Source: Promethearchaeota archaeon (lineage in GTDB: Archaea; Asgardarchaeota; Thorarchaeia; Thorarchaeales; Thorarchaeaceae). From it: DNA of 64,000 nucleotides. Position numbers and translations under genes: made by a program. This document shows positions 1 through 8,909 of the stretch, piece after piece. Position 1 is the first letter of the stretch, and every line of letters begins with the position of its first letter. The stretch covers positions 64,001-128,000 of the forward strand of contig WJMJ01000148.1 of assembly GCA_014728035.1 (NCBI GenBank). Reading direction: 5' to 3'. Below the pieces are notes generated by a model. It did no database searches. It worked only from the letters and a program-made list of their open reading frames with translations, and was not told where the DNA came from.

Positions 1-173
1 ACATAACCAGATTGTGCACCTGTGAGTTCTTTTGCGATATCGAAAACCGCTCGGGCACCTTCTACAAAATTCTCAGCTTGTAATACTGCTGATGCAGCTT
101 CTAGCAATTTCTGACTTTGAAATTCAACTTTTTCCAATTTGCTAGAAATCAAGTTAAAATCTTCTCGTCCCAT
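1..173 (-). CDS. N-terminal part of GAF-domain sensor protein (runs off window edge)
   Basis: Manual translation from ATG at 173: MGREDFNLISSKLEKVEFQSQKLLEAASAVLQAENFVEGARAVFDIAKELTGAQSGY, resembling a GAF-domain start (A..FD..K.L.GA.SGY). Confidence 0.55.
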   Translation of the reverse strand, partial: MGREDFNLISSKLEKVEFQSQKLLEAASAVLQAENFVEGARAVFDIAKELTGAQSGY

Positions 174-344
174 TGAATCACATTCTTGATTCTTTTAGAC
201 ACACAAAGTAGGATAAAGCTACAATCAATATTAGCATTGCTCTGATGCTATCAAGTCTAACTCTAGTAAATTGCTAAAACAGAATGATACGATGTAAAAG
301 GAATATTCTATATAGTCGATTTACAGTCCCCAGATAGAACTCTT

Positions 345-905
345 ATGACTTCAACTTATTTCCAACGTCTAGAAAGGTTGAAAAATAGTATCGAAAAGGA
401 AATGGTGCCTCTTCAAGAACTTCCTGATGAATTCGCGTTTTTCTCTTTAGAAGCTAGAAATCTAGATGGAGAATCTAGAAATAAAGCTCTTGGTATCATA
501 TCTGAGATAATTGACATATCTATTGAAAAGACCAGACTAGATATTGCAGGATTGATAGGTGTTGTAGGTGGACATATTGTCGAATTAGATCAAACTGATC
601 CAATGATAATCTTTCCTCAAACATACAATCTTTTTATGAACGTACTTAATATCGCAAAACCAATACTCAAGATTTACAAATATAATCCAAATCAAGACCC
701 ACATGAACTCAACAAGCAATATCCTGAAAGATTCTTTGCATGGTTGGTCCTAGATGATGCGTGGCGTCCAATCTATGCGATTGTTTCAAATTCTGAAAAA
801 GCGAGAAATATGTTATCTAATAACTCACAATTTCTAAAATTTCTTACACCTTATTTAGAATATCATGAAGGATGCAAAAAGATTCATCGAGTATTAAAAC
901 AATAA
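345..905 (+). CDS. Hypothetical protein, paralog 1 of a local 3-member family
   Basis: 186-aa ORF sharing motifs (DIAGLIGVVG, AKPIL, FAW.VLD.AW, YHEGC) with 1820..2836 and 2863..3600. Confidence 0.8.
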   Translation: MTSTYFQRLERLKNSIEKEMVPLQELPDEFAFFSLEARNLDGESRNKALGIISEIIDISIEKTRLDIAGLIGVVGGHIVELDQTDPMIIFPQTYNLFMNVLNIAKPILKIYKYNPNQDPHELNKQYPERFFAWLVLDDAWRPIYAIVSNSEKARNMLSNNSQFLKFLTPYLEYHEGCKKIHRVLKQ

Positions 906-1101
906 GCATTTCAAAACAGAAACAGACTTCTCAGTAATCTAAATATAAACCAAGATTACTGTTAGATCAAAAAATAGATTATTCATTTTCATGATTTTGC
1001 TGAATACAATTAATTTATGAGGTGTTCAGTATTGCAAAAACATAATTCACTTATTACTAATTGAAAATCCTATTACATTAGTAGTACTTCAAGGTGTTTC
1101 T

Positions 1102-1593
1102 ATGAATCAAACACAAACAGACAAGGATAAACTGGTCAATCTTATCAAAACCTCATCCATGAGTTCTATCGACATAATGAGTGAAAGATTAGAAATTTCA
1201 GTAGAGGAAACACTAGCCCTTATTCATGAAGCAATAGATGAAGGTTTGATTCAAGGTACAATCACTGAAGACGAATCAAGATTCTATAGGACAGATATAG
1301 ATGAAAGCTCTGAACCCAGCAGCCAGAAAGAAATTGAGATATTGAAGATTTCCTCTCCAGTTGGAAAGTACGTTATCATCATTGGGTTTGCATCATTCAT
1401 CGCTGGACAGGTTCTCGTAAGGTTAGAGGATATAGCATTTTCATACGACTTGGGAGCTTCTCTAGTTGTTGGTAGCCTTTTCATTATTGCTCTAGGTATG
1501 TTCTTTGCAAGTAGAGTGAGAACTGAGAAGAGAGAATACTACCCAGAATCTTCTGCTAGAAAAGAGAGGACCATGCCAGAGAAGTATAGCTAG
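1102..1593 (+). CDS. Hypothetical membrane protein with N-terminal winged-helix-like region and 2 TM helices
   Basis: SIDIMSERLEISVEET...GLIQGTI wHTH-like segment; two hydrophobic helices near C-terminus. Confidence 0.65.
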   Translation: MNQTQTDKDKLVNLIKTSSMSSIDIMSERLEISVEETLALIHEAIDEGLIQGTITEDESRFYRTDIDESSEPSSQKEIEILKISSPVGKYVIIIGFASFIAGQVLVRLEDIAFSYDLGASLVVGSLFIIALGMFFASRVRTEKREYYPESSARKERTMPEKYS

Positions 1594-1819
1594 CCTCTTA
1601 ACAAAGATTGCAACCAGTCAACATTTGATCAAACTGAGATTCATTCAACTGTATCAGAATGCGGTTTCGCAAAATCCATGTTATAAAAGAAAAAAGCAAA
1701 TTTCCCATTACTCAATTGGAATAAAATCTACATCATGTGATCATTAAATTATTTACCAGTCTAATTCAGAAAAGAATATTCTATATATGGGAGGTTTATT
1801 CTCAAAGTAGGGAATCTAA

Positions 1820-2836
1820 ATGACTTCAGCGTATTTTCAACATCTAGAAGAATTACAAAAGCAAATAGACAAGCAAAATGTGACTTCAGAACAGTTAGCA
1901 TCCACTTTCCTATATTTGGTATCTAGCGCAAAAAATCTTGATGTTGAATCTCAAAACGAAGCTGTTGTTAAAATATCCGAGTTAGTAGAATTTGCAAGTG
2001 TGAAAGGAAGTCCTGAGCTAGGAGCTATGCTTGGGATAATTGGTGGAGCAATCATTGAACTCAAAAAAGCAAATCCAATTCTATTACTACCCCAAGTATA
2101 CACACTCATGATGAATATGCTTCATCATGCAAAACCCATTCTAGAAATCTACGCTAATAATCCAAATCCGGACAAACGAGAGTTAAAGCAGAGTAACCCA
2201 CAATCCTTCTATGCTTGGGAGGTTCTTGATAAAGCATGGTTACCTCTCACAACAATCTTTACACACAGTCAACAAGCAAGAGAGAAAATACGAAAGGATA
2301 AGAAATTCCTCGAATTTCTGGAGCCATATGTAAGTCATCACGAAGGATGCATGTGGATATACAGAGCTCTTCATATTTATGATGGAGAGATAATGGTCTT
2401 TCATCCTGAACAGATGTTAGGATATCGAATTATGGTTGAAGATATTGACCACCCATTTACATTATCTAACTTGCTGACTGAGAAGCTAGTAGGAGACCCC
2501 ACTCAAGGATGCATTCCCAAGAAACCAAAGAGCTCCGATATCGCTCAATTCTGGATTTATAATTGGGAGGTTTTGAAAGAGATGCCAGAAGATTTCAAAG
2601 ACCTTTCTGTAATGAAATATCTTAAGAGTCCAGCTTATATGGGTAGTGAAAGCTGGATGTTTGATCTTTCGTTCTATAATGGTATTCCAGTTCTTGTTCT
2701 GATTGACACGGACTTCAAATTTGGTTTTAATATTCCTGGTTCATTTCCCGAGCTCTCATCAAAAATTACAATACTCGAAACTCTTGATAGAACATCCGTA
2801 CAAGATTGGTTATCGAAATTACGAAATACGGAGTAG
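1820..2836 (+). CDS. Hypothetical protein, paralog 2 (with extra ~150-aa C-terminal domain)
   Basis: 338-aa ORF; MTSAYFQHLE start parallels MTSTYFQRLE of paralog 1; shares the upstream motif GAATATTCTATATA. Confidence 0.8.
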   Translation: MTSAYFQHLEELQKQIDKQNVTSEQLASTFLYLVSSAKNLDVESQNEAVVKISELVEFASVKGSPELGAMLGIIGGAIIELKKANPILLLPQVYTLMMNMLHHAKPILEIYANNPNPDKRELKQSNPQSFYAWEVLDKAWLPLTTIFTHSQQAREKIRKDKKFLEFLEPYVSHHEGCMWIYRALHIYDGEIMVFHPEQMLGYRIMVEDIDHPFTLSNLLTEKLVGDPTQGCIPKKPKSSDIAQFWIYNWEVLKEMPEDFKDLSVMKYLKSPAYMGSESWMFDLSFYNGIPVLVLIDTDFKFGFNIPGSFPELSSKITILETLDRTSVQDWLSKLRNTE

Positions 2837-2862
2837 GTTTTGTGCAAGATAGAATAAAAGAA

Positions 2863-3600
2863 ATGTACTTTCAATTCCTTATTGGACTTAAAGAACATGT
2901 AATAGCTGATAATGACCAGATACCAAATCTAGCAGACGTGCTTTCGTTCCTGCATACTATTGGTCCCAGATTAGAAATGGAACTTCAGGAAAAAGCGTTG
3001 ACGGACATTGCTGAAATCATGCAAATATCAGTTAGGATGGGACGTCTCGATATAGCTGGTTTAATCGGTGTTGTAGGTAGTGCGATAGTGAAACAAGAAG
3101 AAGTCTACTCAGTTCAGTATGTTAACCAAGTTTTTAATCTATTTATGAACTGCCTTAATATAGCTAAACCAATACTCCGTGAATACGAACAGAATCCAAA
3201 TCTTAATCTGAATATTTTGAGAAAGAAAGAACCTGAAAGACATTTTGCATGGGATGTGCTAGATGACATATGGCGAGCAATGTATGCGATACTCGTACAT
3301 AGTGAAAAAACAAGAGTGGTTCTTAAAGATAATCAAAAATTGCGTGATTTTCTTGGACTATATGTTGGATATCATGAAGGGTTGAAGTCAGTTACTGAAA
3401 ACTTAGACATATGTGGACACGATACGATAGGAGTTTATATGGGCTGATACTGAATGAATGTCTGGTTACCAGACACACATTCCCTGACCAGGACCGAGCC
3501 AGTTCCAGTACCGTTTCTGGACGAACAACGCTCGGGTGTCCAAGTTTGTCCAACTAATAATGAACGGTGTAAGCAAATTTATGATATACTACAGAATTAG
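2863..3600 (+). pseudogene. Paralog 3, C-terminus interrupted by the 186-bp element
   Basis: Reads MYFQFL...YHEG into the element (stop at 3447). Removing 186 bp gives YHEGCKQIYDILQN* (TAG ends 3600), matching paralog 1 YHEGCKKIHRVLKQ*. May still be expressed with an altered C-terminus. Confidence 0.8.
3380..3568 (+). mobile_element. 186-bp non-autonomous element, copy A (GGT core at both ends)
   Basis: GGT at 3380-3382 and 3566-3568; colinear and ungapped with the reverse complements of 15511-15699 and 45046-45234. Confidence 0.9.
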
Positions 3601-3723
3601 AACTTTTCACTAGTGTAAGTTGATTGCATTGATATGAACTTTTTATTGGTCAAGAATCATTGACTAGCTGGTCAAGGTTGATAGAATAATATTCTTTCTA
3701 CCCACTTACTAATGTGAATAAAA

Positions 3724-4188
3724 ATGACGGATGAAGTATTTGATGCAATATCGCACCCAATAAGAATTAGACTCTTAAAAGCACTTACTGGAAAACCTAT
3801 TGGATTTGCAGATTTAAAACGTCAATTAAAGATAGATAGTAGTGGCCAGCTTGATTTTCATCTTAAGAAGATGCAACCTCTAATCGATATCACAGATCAT
3901 GGACTTTACACTTTGAATAGTCAAGGCTATGCAGCGCTAACTGCAGTGGGAGTAGTCTCCAAACACGGTTGGCAAAGAAGAGCACTTATTCTGAATATAG
4001 TAGTATATATCATTCTGAATCTTTTCATGCTCAGTCTTGTTATTCAAGGGTTACATCTTATTTTGTACCTTATTGTTTTCTTAGCTCTAACAGCCTGGAT
4101 TCTGTTCTATGGCTATTGGAATCTTGTCAAAAGGAGAGTACAACTAAAGGATGAATCCACAATGAAATATAGAGTTAAGGAGGACTAA
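3724..4188 (+). CDS. ArsR-type winged-helix regulator with C-terminal TM helices
   Basis: FDAISHPIRIRLLKAL...FADLKRQL...LDFHLKK...YTL HTH followed by two hydrophobic helices. Confidence 0.8.
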   Translation: MTDEVFDAISHPIRIRLLKALTGKPIGFADLKRQLKIDSSGQLDFHLKKMQPLIDITDHGLYTLNSQGYAALTAVGVVSKHGWQRRALILNIVVYIILNLFMLSLVIQGLHLILYLIVFLALTAWILFYGYWNLVKRRVQLKDESTMKYRVKED

Positions 4189-4190
4189 CA

Positions 4191-4970
4191 ATATCAGCAA
4201 TAGAAATTAAGAATTTGACAAAGAGTTATGGAGAACTTGTAGCCGTTAGTGATTTATCCTTTGAAGTACATGAAGGAGAAATCTATGGATTACTAGGTCC
4301 CAACGGTGCAGGAAAAAGTACAACCCTGAAAGTCATGATGGGTTTACTGAAACCTGACAAAGGTACTACTAAGATTTTTGGAATAGACTCGCAAGAAGAT
4401 CCTGTCGGAGCAAAGAGTCTAGTTGGTTACGCACCTGAGGAAAAATCTCTTTATGAATCTCTCACAGCCAGAGAACTTTTCGAGTTTGTTGCTTCAGTTA
4501 GGAATATACCAGAGCAAAGATGCAACCAACGACTGGAAGAAATGGTCAAAGCACTCGATTTTCAAGAACATGTTGATAAAATGATAGTGACTTTGTCAGC
4601 AGGAAACAAGCAAAAAGCTCTATTAATCTCAATCATGCTCCATGCACCAAAACTACTGATTCTTGATGAACCATTCTCGGGACTTGATGTACGAACAGCT
4701 CGAATCATGAAGGAAGTGGTCAAGATTCATACACAAAACGGTGGTTCGGTCTTATTGAGTACACACATTATGGAAGTAGCTGAAGGTCTCTGTGATCGAA
4801 TTGGGATAATTGACGATGGGAAGCTTGTCGGACAAGGTACTATGACTGAATTGAGAACACAGGCCAAAGAAGAGAGCGCTACCCTTGAACAATTGTTTCT
4901 TAGATTGACTGGACAAGAGGATGAAGTCGAGATAGGAATAGATTCTCTCAAGGAGGCTCTACAGGAGTGA
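4191..4970 (+). CDS. ABC transporter ATP-binding protein
   Basis: Walker A GPNGAGKST, signature LSAGN, Walker B LILDE, H-loop STH. The conserved SAIEIKNLTK strand lies upstream of the TTG at 4215, so the start is probably ATA 4191. Confidence 0.93.
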   Translation: MSAIEIKNLTKSYGELVAVSDLSFEVHEGEIYGLLGPNGAGKSTTLKVMMGLLKPDKGTTKIFGIDSQEDPVGAKSLVGYAPEEKSLYESLTARELFEFVASVRNIPEQRCNQRLEEMVKALDFQEHVDKMIVTLSAGNKQKALLISIMLHAPKLLILDEPFSGLDVRTARIMKEVVKIHTQNGGSVLLSTHIMEVAEGLCDRIGIIDDGKLVGQGTMTELRTQAKEESATLEQLFLRLTGQEDEVEIGIDSLKEALQE

Positions 4971-6601
4971 AATTGCGAGAGCTATGGCGTCTTGCAGGTA
5001 CGGTCTCATTAGAGGCTCGTTTCAGGGGGTATCTAGACTCGAATCCAACCTATAGAACAAGAATCGAGGAGGAACCGGATAAAGTAATGGATAGTATCCG
5101 TGCTTCTAATCGGATTAATATTCTATTCTCTGTACTCATTATTGGAGTTTTATCGATACTCTCAATCACGACAATTATGGAATACATTGCATCAAATGCG
5201 TACTATGCGCTATCAATCTCTGTTGGTGTATACTTCAGTATATCCTTCGTTCTAATCTTCTTCATCTACTTGATGTTCACTACAGGTTTCTATTTGTCAG
5301 GTGTGACAGATTTCATCTCAACACTACCTTTTTCACGAAAGGATATTGAGAATCTGACATTTTTGGGATTTATCCGAGTTCTTATAGCTCCTGCATTATT
5401 GATATGCTCTCTATATCCGCTCCTTATGGGACTTGAGTTTGGTCTAGTAACTGGTCTTGTAACATTGATTTGTTGTATTTTAACAAGTATACTCTCAATA
5501 TCCGTTCTTCTATTGGTCTCAAAATGGTATCATGTTAAGACACATTCAGTTTCAGAATCGAAATTATCAACCGCGGTTCGAATAATGGCTTCTTTTGGTT
5601 TGATTCTAGGAATGGTAGGAGTTTATAGTGTAAACAGTTATCTACCACAAATTGTAACCTTTTTCATTGGATTAACTGAAGGGGGTTCTAGTCTTCTAGT
5701 CACATTACTTTCATTAGTTGTACCGTTCACATTTGGCTTTTTGATATCCACTATCACATTTGGAACCGTTGGTACACCGTTATTGATGACAATTGCGATT
5801 GCAGGTAGCTTCATTTATGGAATTTTGACAATCCATGCTTTTAGGGCCGGTATGACTGCTTTAAGGATGGCAGTTTCAGGAGGTCTCAAAACAGAAGCGA
5901 GCTCCATCGAGAGAAAACTAGTTATCCATCCACAAACCCCAATTCGAGGAATCATCCAAAAAGATATGCGACTTGCAAACCGAAATTTAGGATCAATTGT
6001 AATGGTGGTTATTCCAATTATGTTCCTTTTTACCATGCTTCCAGCATTATTTGCTATGATTGAAGATGTCATGCATAGTTTTGTCATCCTTCTATATACA
6101 GGACAACTAGTAGGTTTCTCTGGATTATCATATATCGGATTGATATCCATAGATGAACAGGGATCTTCAATTATTGAAGGACTACCAATCACTATCTATG
6201 ACAATATCCGAGCAAAAGCAAGTATCTATGCCATTCCTTATGCTATTATGGCTATTCTACTTTCCTTTTTGAGTCTGCTATTTGATGTAACGTCACCACT
6301 CATACGCTTTGTACCTCTCCTTATTGCACCATATGGATTGGTAGTAGGATTAACAGTTGGAGCAGTTCTATATAGATTTAGATCTAGGGAAGGAGGTGTT
6401 GGACTAGGATCAACTGATTTTCGTCTTACTGCTATCTCGGTTCTTACCGCGGGAGGAATTTCATCTATTCCCCTTGCTGGGTACGCTCTGACTCTTCTTG
6501 CAACTTGGAATCATCTCTTAGCAGTTCTTGTAGAAGGATTGGTTGTCATCCTAATGCTTGTACTCTATAACCGATATTCGCATAGATTAGTTAAAGCGTA
6601 A
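4967..6601 (+). CDS. ABC exporter permease (multi-TM)
   Basis: Many hydrophobic helices; overlaps the ATPase stop (GTGA coupling). Confidence 0.8.
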   Translation: MKLRELWRLAGTVSLEARFRGYLDSNPTYRTRIEEEPDKVMDSIRASNRINILFSVLIIGVLSILSITTIMEYIASNAYYALSISVGVYFSISFVLIFFIYLMFTTGFYLSGVTDFISTLPFSRKDIENLTFLGFIRVLIAPALLICSLYPLLMGLEFGLVTGLVTLICCILTSILSISVLLLVSKWYHVKTHSVSESKLSTAVRIMASFGLILGMVGVYSVNSYLPQIVTFFIGLTEGGSSLLVTLLSLVVPFTFGFLISTITFGTVGTPLLMTIAIAGSFIYGILTIHAFRAGMTALRMAVSGGLKTEASSIERKLVIHPQTPIRGIIQKDMRLANRNLGSIVMVVIPIMFLFTMLPALFAMIEDVMHSFVILLYTGQLVGFSGLSYIGLISIDEQGSSIIEGLPITIYDNIRAKASIYAIPYAIMAILLSFLSLLFDVTSPLIRFVPLLIAPYGLVVGLTVGAVLYRFRSREGGVGLGSTDFRLTAISVLTAGGISSIPLAGYALTLLATWNHLLAVLVEGLVVILMLVLYNRYSHRLVKA

Positions 6602-6611
6602 TTTTGGAATC

Positions 6612-6630
6612 ATGGGAGGTTCTCTCCCAT
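6612..6630 (+). terminator. Hairpin terminator candidate
   Basis: ATGGGAG-gttct-CTCCCAT followed by a T-rich tract, 11 nt after the permease stop. Confidence 0.5.
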
Positions 6631-6845
6631 TGTATTTCCTTCTTTCAATCGAGTATTTCTATTTTCAACTCTACTATTCATACTAGTAATTGCTAATAGT
6701 CTGAAACTTTTGATAACTGTTGAAAAATAATTTCACAGAAAAAAGTGATTCTTCATAGACTAGTTACTTTTTATCGGTATAAAGTGATTTGAAGATATCA
6801 TCGAAAGCTGCACTTTGAGATAATAAAACTAACTAGCCAACAACA

Positions 6846-7880
6846 TCATGATGTGTACTTCTGAACAAAGGAATCTATTTCAGATATTGAAATACCTGTT
6901 CGCTCCTCAATAATTTCTTGAATCTTACAAACAAGTCCAATCTGTTCCAACATCAAACTTCTTGTCGATTCTAACATTCCCATCTCTTCTGGACTTGATT
7001 CAAGAGAAATGAAGATATCTGAAAGTCTTCGAAGACATGCATTAATCACGAAATAATCAAAATTAGCAATTGTTTTTCGTGAAACTAATTTATAGTCATT
7101 TAGAATATTGTCAGACAATTCTTCACCTGCATATAGTTCAGTGAGAAGGGCGGTCCAAGCTAAATCATGTCTGAAATCTCCAATCGAAGCTGCAGTCCAA
7201 TCGATAACGTATGGATTCTCGTCAGCATCAAGGAGAATGTTATTTGGATGGAAATCACGATGCAAGAGAGATATCTCAGTCATTTCAATTTCTTTAACAG
7301 TTTCCTCTAACCATTCAACTAGTGGAATTAAGAATGACACATTGCTATTTTGTAAATCACTCTTTTTCTCTTCAAGTCGGTCTAGTTCAAATTGTAGAGG
7401 AGAAATTGTCTTGTATTCTTCAGGAATCATCGAGAAGGTTTTGTAATCCAATTCATGAAGTTGCACAAAACATCTGGTGAAAATCATCAGCGCATCCTCG
7501 TTAGTCAAAGGATTTCCACATGAAAACTTATCCCATAGAGTAGGACCAATAATGCGTTCCATAACGATGAATGGCCCACCAAAAATTTCCGTATCTGGTT
7601 CAAAGAAGAAAACTTTTGGAACAGGATATCTATCCCTAAATTCATTCAAAACAGAATACTCAAACTCTCCTTTCCTTCTCGCTTCTGCACCTGCATAAAC
7701 TCTTGCAATAAGATGCAAATCCTTAGTGGATTCGTGCTGGTCGTATTCAACATCAAATGAATAAATCCTGGTTTCCCAACCAGAAGTGATTTCATCAACA
7801 TTGTCTACTACTATTGATCTCCATTCTGGATATCGTTTCTGAAGAAAATGTTGAATTGCTTGCGGTCTCATCTTGGTCAT
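6846..7880 (-). CDS. Aminoglycoside phosphotransferase / choline kinase-like (APH family) protein
   Basis: PVPKV, FIVMERI.G, Brenner motif HRDFHPNNI, and IDW. Confidence 0.85.
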   Translation of the reverse strand: MTKMRPQAIQHFLQKRYPEWRSIVVDNVDEITSGWETRIYSFDVEYDQHESTKDLHLIARVYAGAEARRKGEFEYSVLNEFRDRYPVPKVFFFEPDTEIFGGPFIVMERIIGPTLWDKFSCGNPLTNEDALMIFTRCFVQLHELDYKTFSMIPEEYKTISPLQFELDRLEEKKSDLQNSNVSFLIPLVEWLEETVKEIEMTEISLLHRDFHPNNILLDADENPYVIDWTAASIGDFRHDLAWTALLTELYAGEELSDNILNDYKLVSRKTIANFDYFVINACLRRLSDIFISLESSPEEMGMLESTRSLMLEQIGLVCKIQEIIEERTGISISEIDSFVQKYTS

Positions 7881-8013
7881 TATGTCTTGATAATTTATAA
7901 TTCATTGGAAACATATCTGTTAGTAACTAAACTCGAAAAGCAAAGTTCTAAACGAAGAAATTTCTATATTATCTGTGACTCGTTAGAATTAGTCAGAATG
8001 GAAACTTGGTAAT

Positions 8014-8487
8014 ATGCCTGATGAAAAAATTGTTCCCTCAGAAGATGAACTGAAGGAGAAAGTAGAGCATGCAGGAGAAGAGATTAGAACTAATACTCAG
8101 AAAGTGATTGATGAGCTTGTTGCGATACATGAAGAAATGGAATCATTCACATCTGAGAGTCGAGAATCCATAGATGATATCACTTCATCCATAGTTAGAG
8201 ACCTCTCCAAAGAAATTGATGAGATGAAGATATGGTTTGACAAGATTAGAGATGAAGATTTCGAAGAGGAGGGTACAACCAAAGAATTTGAGAAGAAAAC
8301 AAAGAGTATCCAAGAGAAATTGAAACAACTCTTTACTGATGAAGAACCTGAACCAAGCAAATCGGAAGAAGTCAAGGATAAACTGAAAGGGCTTATTGGA
8401 AAAGATGAACCTGACAGAAGTGAGTTGGAAACCCTTCAGTATAAGTTGAAAAAGAGAATAGATGATTGGATTGATTTGACATCTTGA
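8014..8487 (+). CDS. Hypothetical acidic helical/coiled-coil protein
   Basis: 157-aa E/K-rich ORF with host-like codon usage; TATA-like element near 7960. Confidence 0.7.
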   Translation: MPDEKIVPSEDELKEKVEHAGEEIRTNTQKVIDELVAIHEEMESFTSESRESIDDITSSIVRDLSKEIDEMKIWFDKIRDEDFEEEGTTKEFEKKTKSIQEKLKQLFTDEEPEPSKSEEVKDKLKGLIGKDEPDRSELETLQYKLKKRIDDWIDLTS

Positions 8488-8610
8488 TTCAAAATAATTC
8501 ATCTTCGTTTATGTAAAAATCAAATTGTACACCGTTTGATATTTAATTAGTGTTGAAATCAGTGAGTGCCCAAGTTATTTTTTTAGCTATTCATCATATG
8601 TTATCAAATA

Positions 8611-8747
8611 CCTCGTGGTCTCTGCTGAGGCTGACGGTGCGGATCCTATAGCGGACTTCCGCATCCATGACCTGGGCATCGAGATCGACCTTGATGCTAT
8701 TGACCTTGCAACCCAGCAGCAGGAAGTAGTTGATAATGATGGGACTT
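8611..8747 (-). pseudogene. GC-rich foreign gene fragment
   Basis: Abruptly GC-richer stretch; minus frame SPIIINYFLLLGCKVNSIKVDLDAQVMDAEVRYRIRTVSLSRDHE with mostly G/C third positions, and an in-frame stop immediately upstream. Confidence 0.4.
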
Positions 8748-8909
8748 CAAAAGAAATTGAAAATGATTCATTTGTTGCTCAATAATTATTTCTAGCAAAA
8801 AGGTTCAATTCCGTTATTCATTGCAATATGGCTCTTTAGTTTGTAGTACTAGCGTTATTATCATGTATGGAATCGAAGCAATTATACAAGTTCTATTTGT
8901 CAGATTTGT

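Noticed and set aside
3454-3568. Element as a small protein-coding gene (M.VW.PDTHSL.RTEPVPVPFLD...)
   Set aside because: Copy C has ATA instead of ATG and an in-frame TAA; the frame has no stop of its own inside the element; conservation tracks base-pairing
3380-3568. Element as a group I/II intron or hammerhead ribozyme
   Set aside because: No GUGYG start or domain V; no U|...G boundary in any of the four possible registers; CTGATGA...GAAA appears only at degenerate copy B without a proper stem II
8706-8714. TTGCAACCC matching the element's left end; also GAACGGT near 10325 and 11110
   Set aside because: Only 7-8 bp, no extension; expected by chance
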